From Tubulanus polymorphus (taxonomy: Eukaryota > Animalia > Nemertea), in NCBI RefSeq assembly GCF_964204645.1, contig NC_134031.1, positions 13,565,807 through 13,629,806 of the forward strand: 64,000 bases of DNA. The letters are read 5' to 3'. Of the stretch, positions 40,063 through 53,378 are shown piece after piece. The stretch's first letter is position 1; each line of letters opens with the position of its first letter. Under the pieces are notes generated by a model, which was not told the origin of the DNA, did not search any database, and worked only from the letters and a program-made list of their open reading frames with translations. Both the position numbers and the translations under genes were made by a program.

Positions 40063-42514
40063 ATGGTTGAATTAAAAGAATACAGAATATATGTTGATTC
40101 TAGAAAACTTACAAATCATAAATCTCATAATTTACTAGTACAATTAGATAGAGAATTTCAAAATTGTGTTGATTTAAGATTAGTAAATATAAGTTTATGT
40201 AATTCTTTTAACAATACATCGAATAGAAGTCTTGATCATTTAAGCTTTTTTAATTTATGCTAGAAATTTGAATAAATGGTATCATCTATTTCCTAAACCA
40301 GGATTATATAATCTAGAAAAATTAGCGCAAGAAATTAATAAAAGAGCTTGTTTAGAAATGGGAGGGTCTGCGGGATTTGGAATTAAACTTTTAACTAGGG
40401 GTCCAGGGACACCATGCCCACTTGGGAAGTGCTTTCAAATGCTCAACAATCTAACAATTTCAATATTCAATGCCCCCTGGTGACCATATACAAAAAACAA
40501 TGACCTCAGAACTCCCCACAATCATAGAATATGTCAGCAGCTATGATTTTGTAATTGATTGTGATAACAAAATATGCTTCGTTACCAAATTACTAAGGAA
40601 ATACTAAGTTATTCTTCTATTCAACGCCCCCTGCTGACCATATGCAAAACCCAATGACCTTGAAACTCACCACAATCATAGAACATATCATGATCTACAA
40701 CTTTGCAATTGATCATGGTTACCAAATATCTCTAGTTACCACTCTAATAACGAAATACCAAGTTCTTCTACTATTCAACGCCCCCTGGTGACCATATAGA
40801 ATAACTTATATCCTTGCAACTCACCACAATCATAGACGATGTCATGAGCTACAACTTTGCAATTGATTGTGGTAAAAAAATATGTGTAGGTACAAATATA
40901 ATATAGATATACTAAGTTATTATATTATTCAACGCCCCCTGGTGACCATATGCAAAACCCAATGACCTTGGAACCCACCACAATCATAGAACATGTCATG
41001 AACTACATCTTTGCAATGGATCATGGTAACAAAATAGCCCTACGTACCAATCTAATAAGGAAATGCTAACTTATTCTACAATACAATGCCCCCTAGTGAC
41101 CATATGCAAAACCCAAATGACCTTGAACTCACCACAATCATAGAACATGTCATGCACTACAACTTTGCAATTGATCATGGTAACAAAATATCCCTAGGTA
41201 CCAATCTAATAAGGAAATAACAAGTTCTTCTACTATTCAACGCCCCCTGGTGACCATATAGAATACCTTATGTCCTCGAAACTCACCACAATCATAGACG
41301 ATGTTATGAGCTACAACTTTGTAATTGACTGTGGTAACAAAATATGCGTAGGTACAAATATAATATAGAAATACCAAGTTTTTTATATTATTCAATGCCC
41401 CTGGTGGCCAAATAAAAAAACCAATGACCTTGAAACTCACCAAAATCATAGAAAACGTTATGAGCTACAACTTTCCAATACATTGTGGTAACACAATATG
41501 CTTAGGTATCAATATAATGTGGAAAAACTTTTATCCCACCTACGAATGAGTACTGATGACGCCCAAGATGGCTGCAAATTGCGCCATAATTGGCTGATCA
41601 AAAATACATGTTTCAGGTATAAAACATCCCTTTCCAAAGAATACCCATCACAAATTGCAAAGAGAAATGGCAAACCAGTAGGAAGCTACAGGGCCAAAAT
41701 TGACATTTTTGGGCACTTAAAAGGTCATAGGACGGCCATCTTGAGTCCGATCGACCCAAGTTTTCTTATGTTGATGGGCCCTTGGGAGGTACAAATATAC
41801 ACAAACAATCAAGGTTATTGATAAAAGTGTCTTCAAAATTTCCCTCGAAAACTTCGAAAATGTGTGCGAACAACAATGGCTGCCAGACGGCCATCTTGAA
41901 TCTGATAGGGCCAGTTTTGGGACTGAAGATGTGTCTAGGGTAGATACATGTATAAACCAAATATCAAGACATTACCTTGAAGCGTCTTCAAAACTTCCCA
42001 AAATAACTGGATTCCATCTACGGACGGACGGACGACGGACGAAAAGTGAACGCAATAGCCCGTTGGGACTAGAGTCCCAAGTGGGCTAAAAAGTGATAAC
42101 AATAATGAAGTAAGAATAAAGTTAGCTAAAGATGAACATCAATTTGTGGTTAAAAAACCTTTAGCTAAACTGTTAGGAATTAACCCAGATGTAAGGATAC
42201 GTAATGCCGAAGGTACACCAAACTTAATACCTTACACACATTTTTATATTTATTGCAATTTAATTGATCCTACAAAAACATTCGAAGCAACTAAAGATAC
42301 AATTTGTAATTCTAGTATATTAAATATTTCACCATTGAAAAATGTTTAACAATTTGGAACACAAATAAATTATAATTTAACTGAATGTGATTTTAAACCT
42401 TGTATTTCACGATTTAATAATTTTAGATTAGAAGTAAGAAATCATAATGGATACTTAATTGATTTAAATAACTTTCCTGTGATATATGAATTAGTTATAA
42501 GATGTAAAGAGTAA
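40063..42514 (+). pseudogene. Minor capsid (penton)-like protein split by a HINE
   Basis: IYVDSR..., FYIYCNLID, C-terminal LEVRNHNG.LIDLNNFPVIYELVI; uninterrupted paralog at 62898-63650. Confidence 0.7.
40393..42088 (-). mobile_element. DINE-1/HINE-like element with about 7 copies of the 153-bp repeat
   Basis: Same termini as 36493-37601; its removal restores the penton-like gene. Confidence 0.85.
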
Positions 42515-42529
42515 TCTGTCGCTATATCA

Positions 42530-44010
42530 ATGAATATAACTGTTGGACCGAGTACATGTTTTGAATTTGATTTTAATCGTGAGAAAGAAATGAAATTTGA
42601 TGTTGATGATGTAATAACACATAATAATAATATTGTATTTACTAATGAAACAACATTTGAGTATGAAAAAACAATAAATAAAGAAACTTATAATGCAGAA
42701 AAGATCACTGATTTAATATAAGAAAGTCTTAAAGATTTTATGAATTAGATGAAGATTTTATCATCGATGATATAAAAAAAATAATAACTGAAATATATGA
42801 TAATCATAAAAGTAGTAATGAAATAAATGTTGAAATAATTATAATTAAGATAACTAAATATTTTGAAGGTGATTTTTTTTATAAATGAATGAGTGATAAT
42901 AAGTGGATAATAACTGGTTTATATAACTGTGCATTATTATCAGTTGGAACTGTTGGTTATACCATGGTATTAAAAAAGTATTCAAAATAGGAAGTAATAA
43001 TGTTGATAGATTTGATATCAATGATATTTGAAAATTAACGTTAGCGTTACTTAATCTAATTTAACAATTGATTATTTAGAAAAACGAAAAATATATTCCT
43101 CCTATTGATGGGTAATTTTTTTGTAAAATAAATGGCATCTGCAATTATGACTATTATAGGATCGGCAATTGTTAACGCTTTAGCATTAACAGGTGGTGGT
43201 TATTTATTTAAGCATATTGATAAAAATGGTTCATTATTAGAACAAAAAAGACATCACTTGAGAGTGAATAAAATATCGCAGCAGAAGAATATAGAGAAAA
43301 GAGACAAAACTATATCGATTATATCAATAAAGAATTATATAATCAGAAAATTTCACATAGAGATTTTAAGTCAGTTGATGATGCTATGAGTTTATATAAC
43401 GCAGTAACAAATAAAGAAAAATTACATCTATATAAACCTAAATTACCGGATTATCATACCCCAAGTAGTGAACAGAAGAAATATGAAATAATTTGGATTT
43501 TAGGTGGAACTGTTATTGTTATATTTGTAGCATATAAATTTACTAATTAATTACATATTATTTTTTGTTAAATAAATGGGTGATAAAGTTAACAATATTG
43601 ATATTATTCCTCATGATATAAATAAAACTAAATAAAAAATATAATTTGAAAAACAAATATTAGAATTTGAAAATGATTTAAAAGTTAAAAAGAGGAAATA
43701 TTCAAAAAGTAAAATTATATATTATATTATTATTAGTGGTTCAGTTACAATTAGTTCTGAAATAACATTTCTAAAAATATTCAGTCCGCTAACAGCTTTA
43801 GCTACATCAATTGGTGTGCTAGGATTATCATCAAGTGTATTAACTGGTATTAGCTCTAAATTAAATATAAAAAGTAATAAGGAAAAAATTAAATCTAATA
43901 TAAAAGAAATTAATAAATCAAAAAATAAATTAGATTATATAATAAGTTTAAATGGTAATATAACAATTGAAGAACAAGATAAATTATTAAAAGAATTAAT
44001 GAATTATTAA
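42530..44010 (+). pseudogene. Four small viral ORFs (42530, 42889, 43132, 43576), three with hydrophobic/transmembrane segments
   Basis: MASAIMTIIGSAIVNALALTGGGYLF etc.; paralogs at 63663- and 51620-51925 (minus). Confidence 0.6.
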
Positions 44011-44026
44011 TTTTCTTGTTATATAA

Positions 44027-45324
44027 ATGGGGTTTCCAAAAGCTTTTCAATATAATAAATCAATTAAATATAATATTCCTGCAATTGATTTTAATTAAAA
44101 TATTTTATATAAAAATTCAGTTTTAAATTCATTAGTTAATTTAGAAATTTATGTTACTGAAACAAAGTTTTTTATTTCTAGAATGGAAAATATATTTAAT
44201 ACATATGACGTTACTTTTACTCGAGATGAATATAATATATATAAAATGAAATCTAATATGAAATATTGGCAGAATCAATTGAATTTTGCTGTTTATTGTG
44301 CAACAACAGGATGTGGTATAAGTTGGAATGATCATTTAAATAACTTAGATTAAAATTTGAATTATTCTGATTTAAAATTAATCCATACAATATTTAGATT
44401 TCACATGTATTTTCAAATTAGAATTATATTAAATGAATTAGAATGCCCTTTACCTGGATCGAAATGTTTTAAAGAATTGGATAATGATATTAATCTATCT
44501 AAGTTTTATAAAATATGTAATGAATTTAATATAAATATCAATTCTGATTTAAGAGCGCATGGTAAATTACATGGTGTTAGTGAACAGTTTGAAATAAAAA
44601 GAATTGATTATATGCATTGAGTTGGAGCTTATCATAATTATAAAATTGATAATAATAATGGTTGGATTAATTTTATTTTAGAAAATAGTGAAGGTTTTTC
44701 CAAGCCTGGAATACAAAGAATAGATCAATCTATTAGAATTTATTTAATTTGTATATTAGGATCACAAGTTGAAACAAGATCCCCAATAGTTGGAAATGAT
44801 AATACTTCATTTGATGCGCAGAAACAATTCAAAGTTTTATTTGAAGATTCTATTCATAATGATAAAAATAGATAGATTCCAGAAAATAAAGTAAGATATC
44901 AAAATTATTTAGATAAATCACATGTGAGATTAAATTATTGTATAAGTCCTAATTTATTAATTATTTCTAATGATTAAGTATTAAAAATGGGAAATATAAT
45001 TGGTTTTAATAATCTAATTAAAACTGCGACAATAAACAATTCATTTGGATTAAATGATATAAATAGAAGGGTTATCACTGCTTCAAAACTAATGGAAGGT
45101 GAAAAATTTAAAATATACAATCAATAGAAACTAAAACTAGGAATATTAAATTAAATGATGATTCTAAAATAAAAGATTATAATACATCAGAAAATATTAA
45201 AACTGATAATATCCAGCATGAAATAATTAAGAGTAATAATGATAATAAATGAAATAAAAATGCTTAATTAGCCATAACTTGTATAGGAATTTTGATAGGA
45301 GGAACGTTATATTTTAAATTTTAA
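44027..45324 (+). pseudogene. Conserved viral protein of unknown function (WQNQLNFAVYCATTGCG) with C-terminal hydrophobic anchor
   Basis: Near-identical paralog on minus strand at 48035-48230 plus 50478-51601. Confidence 0.7.
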
Positions 45325-45341
45325 TTTTCTTTATTATGTAA

Positions 45342-46426
45342 ATGGCAGAAGGTGGAGAAGCTTATGAAATGCAAGAAATGGGAATTAATAATAATGGATA
45401 TATTGATGATGATTATGATGCAGGTGTTAATAAAACTGATATTGATAATGATAATGAAACATCATATAATTCTAATTTAGCAGATAGTGGTTCTAAAGCC
45501 CCATCAACGGAGGAATTTGATAGAAGAGCTAAATCGAGAATAAATGCTGAAAATGAAGATCCAGATTTAGTAAAACAAAATTTAGAATATAATGAATGTA
45601 TTTATCATTTCAAACCTATATTTGAAAAATCTGGATATAATATAAATGATAGAGGTGCCAGACATTTAGTAAGAGAATTAAAATTTTTAGATGGTGAATA
45701 TTATTATCATTTAAAAGATGATGATCATATTAATATAACTTATGAAAAACAAAATAAAATATTAGCAGAATCAACTTTGCTTAAGTTAGACCTACCAAAA
45801 AATAAAAGAATAATTAATAGTAATGAAATAGAAAATGTTACCGACACAGAAATTGTTAAAAATAAAAGATTATTTTAACGAAGAATTTATGAATTATTTA
45901 AAACAATCAATAATAGTTTAGAAACAGAAACAACTTCTGAACAAAATGTAACTTCCAAAACTAGTAAACCTAATTCAAGAGGAGTTCAAACGGAGTTCAT
46001 TTTTACCGAATGGATTAATTGATGCAACAGATCAAGAATAAGAAGATTTAAATATATTTTCTGATATAGCAATTAGAGAAATTATTAGCATAAGAAATAG
46101 AGCCGATAAATTTGCGCATGATAAAAGTATAAGAGATTTTAAAATTAGAACTTTAGAAAAAGATAAAAATAAAGAAATAGAACAATTAAAATTAGATAGA
46201 GAATTTAAAGTTATTGAAGAAATTGAATTTAAAAAAAGGAATGCATATTTAGAAAAAGAAATTAATGATTTAGAATATAACATAGAATTTCAGAAAGAAA
46301 AAAATGAAAGTATTATTAAAATCATATGATTATTGTATTAATAGATTAGAAGTTGTTGTTAAAGAGTTAATAATAAAACCAAATTCTGAAATATCATTGA
46401 AAGACAGAATGAAATTATTTTTTAAA
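45342..46426 (+). pseudogene. Acidic N-terminus/coiled-coil viral protein, truncated
   Basis: ORF 45342-45878 and continuation; paralog at 47066-48020 minus. Confidence 0.6.
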
Positions 46427-49400
46427 TTAGAAGGTATAAAATATATTGTAAAATGAATATGGAATTGCGCCTTTATATCTCATTAATTGAAAATCATCAT
46501 TATTTGGGTAGTGTTGTTTTAATATCTTAAATTCATCATCAACTAATGATTTTGATAAGTTATCTAATGAACTACCTAAACATCTATATGAATCTATAAA
46601 TCTTAGACACCCAAATTGGAATGATATATAACTCTCAGATGTTTTAGCTAACATCTTAAATTTATAAGTTGGTATTTTAGCAACATCTTTTGATCTATTT
46701 GAATTTTATCTTTCTTTTTCATTATTAATTTCTTCTATCTTATGACAAAACTGTTTGATAAATAAATGTGCGTCATATCCTGATAAATTATGAAATATTA
46801 CTGGAACAAAATTGATTTTCTTTGCTTGTAAGTTACAATTCTCATGCGCTGCGCCTCTAAACTTTCCATTCAAATGATCATGGTCTCTTCCTTTTTTATC
46901 TTTTAGATTAAATGTCTTTTCACAATAATAACATTTATCAGCAAACTCAAATACTTCTTTATCTTCTTCTGTCATTATAATTTCTTTATTTGTATCTAAT
47001 ACTTTACTAAATTTGATTTCATACTCAATTAATAAGTCACAAAAATGATTGATAACATTTTCATTTTTTCTTTCTGAAATTCTATGTTATATTCTAAATC
47101 ATCAATTTCTTTTTCTAAATATGCATTTCTTTTTTTAAATTCAATTTCTTCAATAACTTTTAATTCTCAAACTAATCTTAATTGTTCTAATTCTTTTCTG
47201 GTGTCAAATAATTTATTTTCTAAAGGTTTAATTTTATTATATCTAATATTTTTTTCGGGCGCAATTTTATTGGCTTCATTTCGTATACTTATTATTTCTC
47301 TAATTGTTTTTTTTCAGAAAACATACTTAAAGCTTCTATTTCTTGATCTGTTGCATCAAGTAATCCATTCGGTAAAAGTTTTTCAGTTTGAACTTCGTTT
47401 GATTTAAGTTTACTAGTTTTGGAAATTATATTCTGTTCAGAAGTTGTTTCTGTTTCTAAATTATTATTGATTGTTTCAACTAATTCATTAATTCTTTCTT
47501 TAAATACTCTTTTATTTTGATTTTTTTTTCTTGTGTAACATTTTCTATTTCATTACTATTATTACTTATTCTTTTAATTCTAGATGGTTCTAAATTACTC
47601 AAAGTTGATTCTGCAAATATTTTGTTTTGATTTTTATAAGTGATATTAACATAATAATCATCTTTCAAATGATAGTAATATTCACCATCTAAAGATTTTA
47701 ATTCTGTTACTAAAAGTCTGGCGCCTCTATCATTTATATTATACCCAGATCTTTCAAATACAGGTTTGAATTTATAAATATATTCATTATATTCTAATCT
47801 TTTTTTTACTAAATCTGGATTTTCCTTTTCAGGATTTATTCTCGATTTAGTTCTTCTATCAAATTCATCTGTTGATGGGCCTTTAGAACCACTATCTGCT
47901 AAATTATAATTATATGATGATGGATCATCATCATCAATATTAGTTTCATTAAAATCAGGTTGTGGTTCATCATTTTTACCAGGGGGTCACCAAAGGTATC
48001 CAATGGAATTTCTTCATCGATTTATATAATAAAAAATTAAAATTTAAAATATAATATTCCTCCTATAACAATTCCTATACAAGTTATAGCTAATTTAGCA
48101 TTTTCATGGGATTTATTATCATCATTTAGTTTAATTATTTCATGTGGAATATTATCAGTTTTTATATCACCGTGTGGGTGCCGTGCGGCACCATTTTCTG
48201 TAGTATTGTAATCTTTTATTTCAGAATCATTAGGGTTTCTCCTGCTTTCGCAGAAACCCTCCTGTATTCCTGTTGATTATTATTATTATTATTATTTATG
48301 GTCCACCTTCCAGCCAAAAATTTTTCATAAAATGTAACTCCTCTCAGATTCGACTACCAACAGCTTATAAACGTAAGTTTAAATTCTGTCAGAAATATAA
48401 CTCAGCGCCTGACCATTTCGAATTTGCGTATAGTAATCCATTATGAATAAATCCCGCATAATTACCGGGTCTAAACAGCGACAAGAATAAGGCAAAGAAT
48501 CGTCATCCATTGATAAAAGTGCACCCCGAAAAGCCTAAAATTTACTGCACGACCTTGAGTCAACCGTAAATCACGGAAACGGACTTACAATTAGTCCGGA
48601 TCCGTCATTTCCCACGAACGATAACTACAGCCGGTGCGTAATAAGTGTCTTATGAATGAAACATCGCGGATGGTTGAAATCATTTTCGGCTTAAATTTAT
48701 CGCGAGTTTTAGGACCTTAATGAATTTCACGAAACCATGATCCTTAAAATGAGTCAATTGTTTTATTCTATTCGTAAATCAATTTACGTTGGCTACATTT
48801 CCTGAAGATTTCTGGCTGGATTCATCGTAATATGGACAGAAATAGTAGGAATTTTCACACGGAAATTTACTTCCGCGTTCACTCGACGACTCGGATCGAT
48901 GACAACGACAGCAGTTTTTACGTAATATAAGGTGAGAATCCGTTAACCAGGGAATGTTTTACATAATTTCTTTATAACATTAGTACATATGGTAGCAAAT
49001 GAGTACTCGGTGAAGCAATGATCATTGTTGGCTAGCTACTTTACCTAGCTTTTTTGGGGGATACACCTAGAATAAGCCCTAAATGTAGTGAATAGAGACA
49101 ATGAAAAGCCTAAGTTGTTAGTAAGGGGCTGGTTTACACTTATGTGTACGACTATTTATTTCGATTACTTTCATTCCAGCTATTATTCGTGGAATGAACT
49201 GGTCACTACGGTCTTCAATTCCTTTGCCTATTCTTGCAGCTGGTGGAAATAGATTTAAACCACAGTGTGCAAGTGTACGTTCCAAATCAAACTTTTTCGT
49301 CATCGTCGTAACTTAAGCGCAACTGCCTCAGATGCTGTAAGTACTTGACGTTTTATGTAATTGTTATTTTTTCAGTTGCCATGTTTACAATATTTGGATA

Positions 49401-51930
49401 AGTAATCAGTTATTATACTTTCTTTCACTCCTCTATGATATTATATAACCGAGTAATTATTACATTTCATTGCTTAATTGCAGGTGGAAAGAGGTCAGAT
49501 GGCATGAAAATCGACTGTGGCTAACTAATTGGTGCGATTAGATCAGGCGTTGATGTTTCAAAAGGTGTAGCCAAAAAGCTTGTATCATCAGGAAGTAGAC
49601 AAATATCCGAAGATAAATGAAAACCTCACCTCGTTGATCATCAGTTGATTTTGCTGTAATTTTTTCGCCTGGATAAATCAACACGTCATTCAGTTCAAAG
49701 TCTGTGTTCAGTAGTATTTCTTTCAATAAAATGAAAATTTAATTGACTTATTTTTATGTATTCAAGATTGAAATTGAATATGTCTTAAAACCAGAGAAAG
49801 CATTCTTCAGAAATTTAGAAAATCCTAGACTCATAATCAAATTCTGTGAAGTCAGTTAAGGTCTTTTGCTCGAATCAAACCGAGGGCTCAGATGGCTAAG
49901 ATTCAATTCCTCAATGTCCTATAATGCAGAGTATGATAAAGTTTACACACTGAAAAACGTTGGGCTGTGTAAGTGTAATTTGGATAAGTTAGCAATATAA
50001 TGACCGCCCTGGCCCAGAGACATGAACAAGTTAGACTGTGTTGCTTCGATGCTTTGACAAACGGACTCCTAAGCAAGATGACCTGCCAAATCAAATGTAA
50101 ATTAAGAAAGAAAACAACACAATTGATCAGTCAATGCCTTGCGTCTTCAAAAAAAATTTCCCGGAAATATTTCTTTTTCTGGCCACCACCTGCCTCGACA
50201 CGCGACGTTAAAGTTGATACAACTGCCACCAGGGGACCATATCTTCGGTATCCTCAAAGCCATTTTGATTAGACTTGGTACATCAGTACTTTTTACATGG
50301 AAGCCCTTTTGGATCCACATAATCCAGCATATTGTTGACCCAGGTTGCGCTTCTTGGAAATAGTCCTATGTTATGGACGGATTTGAATAATTTCGATGAA
50401 ATCATTTTTACGCTTCCCATTGCAACATATGAACCAGTTAGGCAGAAACCCGTTATCGCTGCTATGCAGCTATATTTATTTTATTTAATATTCTTAGTTT
50501 TAGTTTCTGTTGATTGAATATGTTTTTTATTTTTTTCACCTTCCATTAATTTTGGAGCAGTAATAATCTTTTCATTTATATCATTCAATCCAAATGAATT
50601 ATTCATTGTTGCAGTTTTTATCAAATTATTATAACCAATTATATTTCCCATTTTTAATACTAAATCATTAGAAATAATTAATAGATTAGGGCTTATACAA
50701 TAATTTAATCTAATATGTGATTTATCTAGATAATTTTGATATCTTACTATATTTTCTTGAATCGATCTATTTTTATCATTATGAATGGAATCTTCACATA
50801 AAACTTTGAATTGTTTCTGTGTATCAAATGAAGTGTTATCATTTCCAACTATTGGTGATCTTGTTTCAACTTGCGCACCTAGAATACATATCAAATAAGT
50901 TCTAATTGATTGATTTATTCTTTGTATACCTGATTTTGTAAAACCTTCACTATTTTCTAAAATAAAATTAATCCAACCATTATTATTATCAATTTTATAA
51001 TTATGAGAAGCTCCAATTCTATGCATATAATCAATTCTTTTTATTTCATACTGTTCACCAATACCTTGCAATTTACCATGCGCTCTAAAATCGGAATTAA
51101 TATTTATATTAAATTCATTACATATTTTATAAAACTTAGATAGATTAATATTATTATCCAATTCTTTAAAATATTTAGATCCGGGTAAAGGACATTCTAA
51201 TTCATTTAATATCATTCTGATTTGAAAATATGTGTGAAATCTAAATATTGTGTGAATTAATTTTAAATCAGAATAATGCAAATTTATTTAAATGATTTAT
51301 TCCAACTTATACCACAACCAGTTGCTGCACAATAAACAGCAAAATTCAATTGATTCTGCCAATATTTCATATTAGATTTAACTTTATATATATGATATTC
51401 ATCTCGAGTAAAAGTAACTTCATATGTATTAAATATATTTTGCATTTTAGAAATAAAAAACTGTGTTTCAGTAACATAAATTTCTAAATAAGTTAATGAA
51501 TTTAAAACTAAATTTTTATATGTAATATTTTTATTAAAATCTATTGCAGGAATATTATATTTAATTGATTTATTATATTGGAAAGCTTTTGGAAACCCCA
51601 TTTATTTAATTAAAAAATTAATAATTTATTAATTCTTTTAATAATTTATCTTGTTCTTCAACTGTTATATTACCATTTAAACTTATTATATAATCAAGTG
51701 TATTTTTTAATCTATTAATTTCTTTTATATTAGTTTTAATTTTTTCTTTATTACTTTTTAATATTTAATATATATATAATATATTTATTTTTGAACTTAT
51801 ACCAGTTAAAACACTTGATGATAATCCTAGCACGCCAATTGATATAGCTAAAGGTGTTAATGGTGAGAATATTGCTAGAAATGTTATTATAGAACTAATT
51901 ATAACTGAACCACCAGTAATTAGGTAATGG
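46427..51930 (-). mobile_element. Polinton-like copy B, inverted rearranged fragment (pPolB piece 46427-47065 plus paralogs of the 43576-46300 genes)
   Basis: ORFs nearly identical to copy A on the opposite strand. Confidence 0.85.
48231..50477 (+). mobile_element. HINE-type element in copy B
   Basis: TAGGGTTTCT..AGAAACCCT then (ATT)n at the 5' end; CAGAAACCCGTTATCGCTGCTATGCAGCTATATTT at the 3' end; its removal rejoins the viral ORF. Confidence 0.8.
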
Positions 51931-53378
51931 TTTTTTCAGATCAGAGGTCGTGCGGTCGACACACCACTCATCACCACAAGTAATTTTTTTCCTTATAAAT
52001 GGGAGAGAATGAACAACATACAGAAAACAATAATGTCAATAAAAATCAATATTATTGCCAATATTGTAAAAAATACATCGATAAATCCCAAAATCACGAC
52101 ATGAAAAAACTGCAAACCATATAAAAAATGTTATAGATTTTGAAACTCCAGAAAATTCCAATGAAAGAAAAGAAAGATTAGAAAATATGAATGTGGATGA
52201 AATAAAATGTGAAGTATGTAATGAATTTATAACAAAAAGGAATTATAAAAGACATCTCGAATCGCAAAAACACAAACAAAATTTAAGTAATATTGTTTTA
52301 GGAACAGATTATTTTGATGATAAACCTCAACAAGTAAAAAACCAGTTTCAAAAAATTAATCTATTTCAAATTAACCTTATATGGCAAATGTTAGAAATTA
52401 TATTGATTCACTAGAAATAAAAGATGCAATATAAATTTCAGAAACATTACATAGTAAAATTGGTCCTGCAGCTATTATATTTAGATTTTTTAAAGGTACA
52501 ACAATAGAAGATTATAGTAAATCTAATGAAATAATAGAAAAAATACTAGATTTGATAACAGATGTTGAATATCCAAAAATTAGTATCTCTGGTAAAGTAA
52601 GTTTTATAAAGTCAGAAGATAAAATGGATTATGATATTCAAACACTCTCTGAAGAAATAATTTCAAAAACGCAAATAAAAGAGAAGTTAGAAAAAATATT
52701 TAATGAATTTAAACGTCATATTGAAGAAAGATATTTTGAGGGTTTTTTGGTTCTAACATTAAATGAAATTATATATTTAGATTTAAATGTTTATAATACA
52801 AAAAGAAAAAAAACGTAATAAAAAAGTAATAAAATGTTTAAAAATAATTCAAACTTTACAACAGAAAAGGAGGATAATAAAGCATCATCTTATATTAAAT
52901 TACTATTTACAACAAAAGCAGTAATAAATGTTCAAAATGAAGATAATAAATGTTTTCTATGGTCAATTATTAGTTGCTTACATCCAACTCAGGAAAATGT
53001 TTGTAGAATAACAGATTACCGGAAATACGAAACATTATATAAAATTTATCAATATCCAGTTACTATAAAATGATTCCTAAAATAGAAAAAGTTAAAGGGT
53101 AACTGACACTTTTTTTTTATTTCAAAATTCGATAAGTTATATCGAACTAAGGAAGACTTTGAAATAGTTCTGTTCAAAAATGTGTAGTTTCCGCGAAAAT
53201 CGTGATTTTGTAAGACAACTTTTGACCTCATTTCGTTGTATACATCGCGTTAGAAATCATCGGCAATTTCCGTCGATCTCCGGCGCTGTGACGTCAATAA
53301 AGTGAGCACTGAAAATTCTCTTCTATGAGATAACGTTGCGTTTTTACTACTCGGCGTGTTTTCACTGCTTTTTCTCAA

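Larger units (their letters stand above)
31068..46426 (+). mobile_element. Polinton/Maverick-like endogenous virus, copy A (decayed)
   Basis: Abrupt shift to very AT-rich, intronless, compact genes: pPolB, penton-like and conserved small ORFs; contiguous once HINE insertions are removed. Confidence 0.85.
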
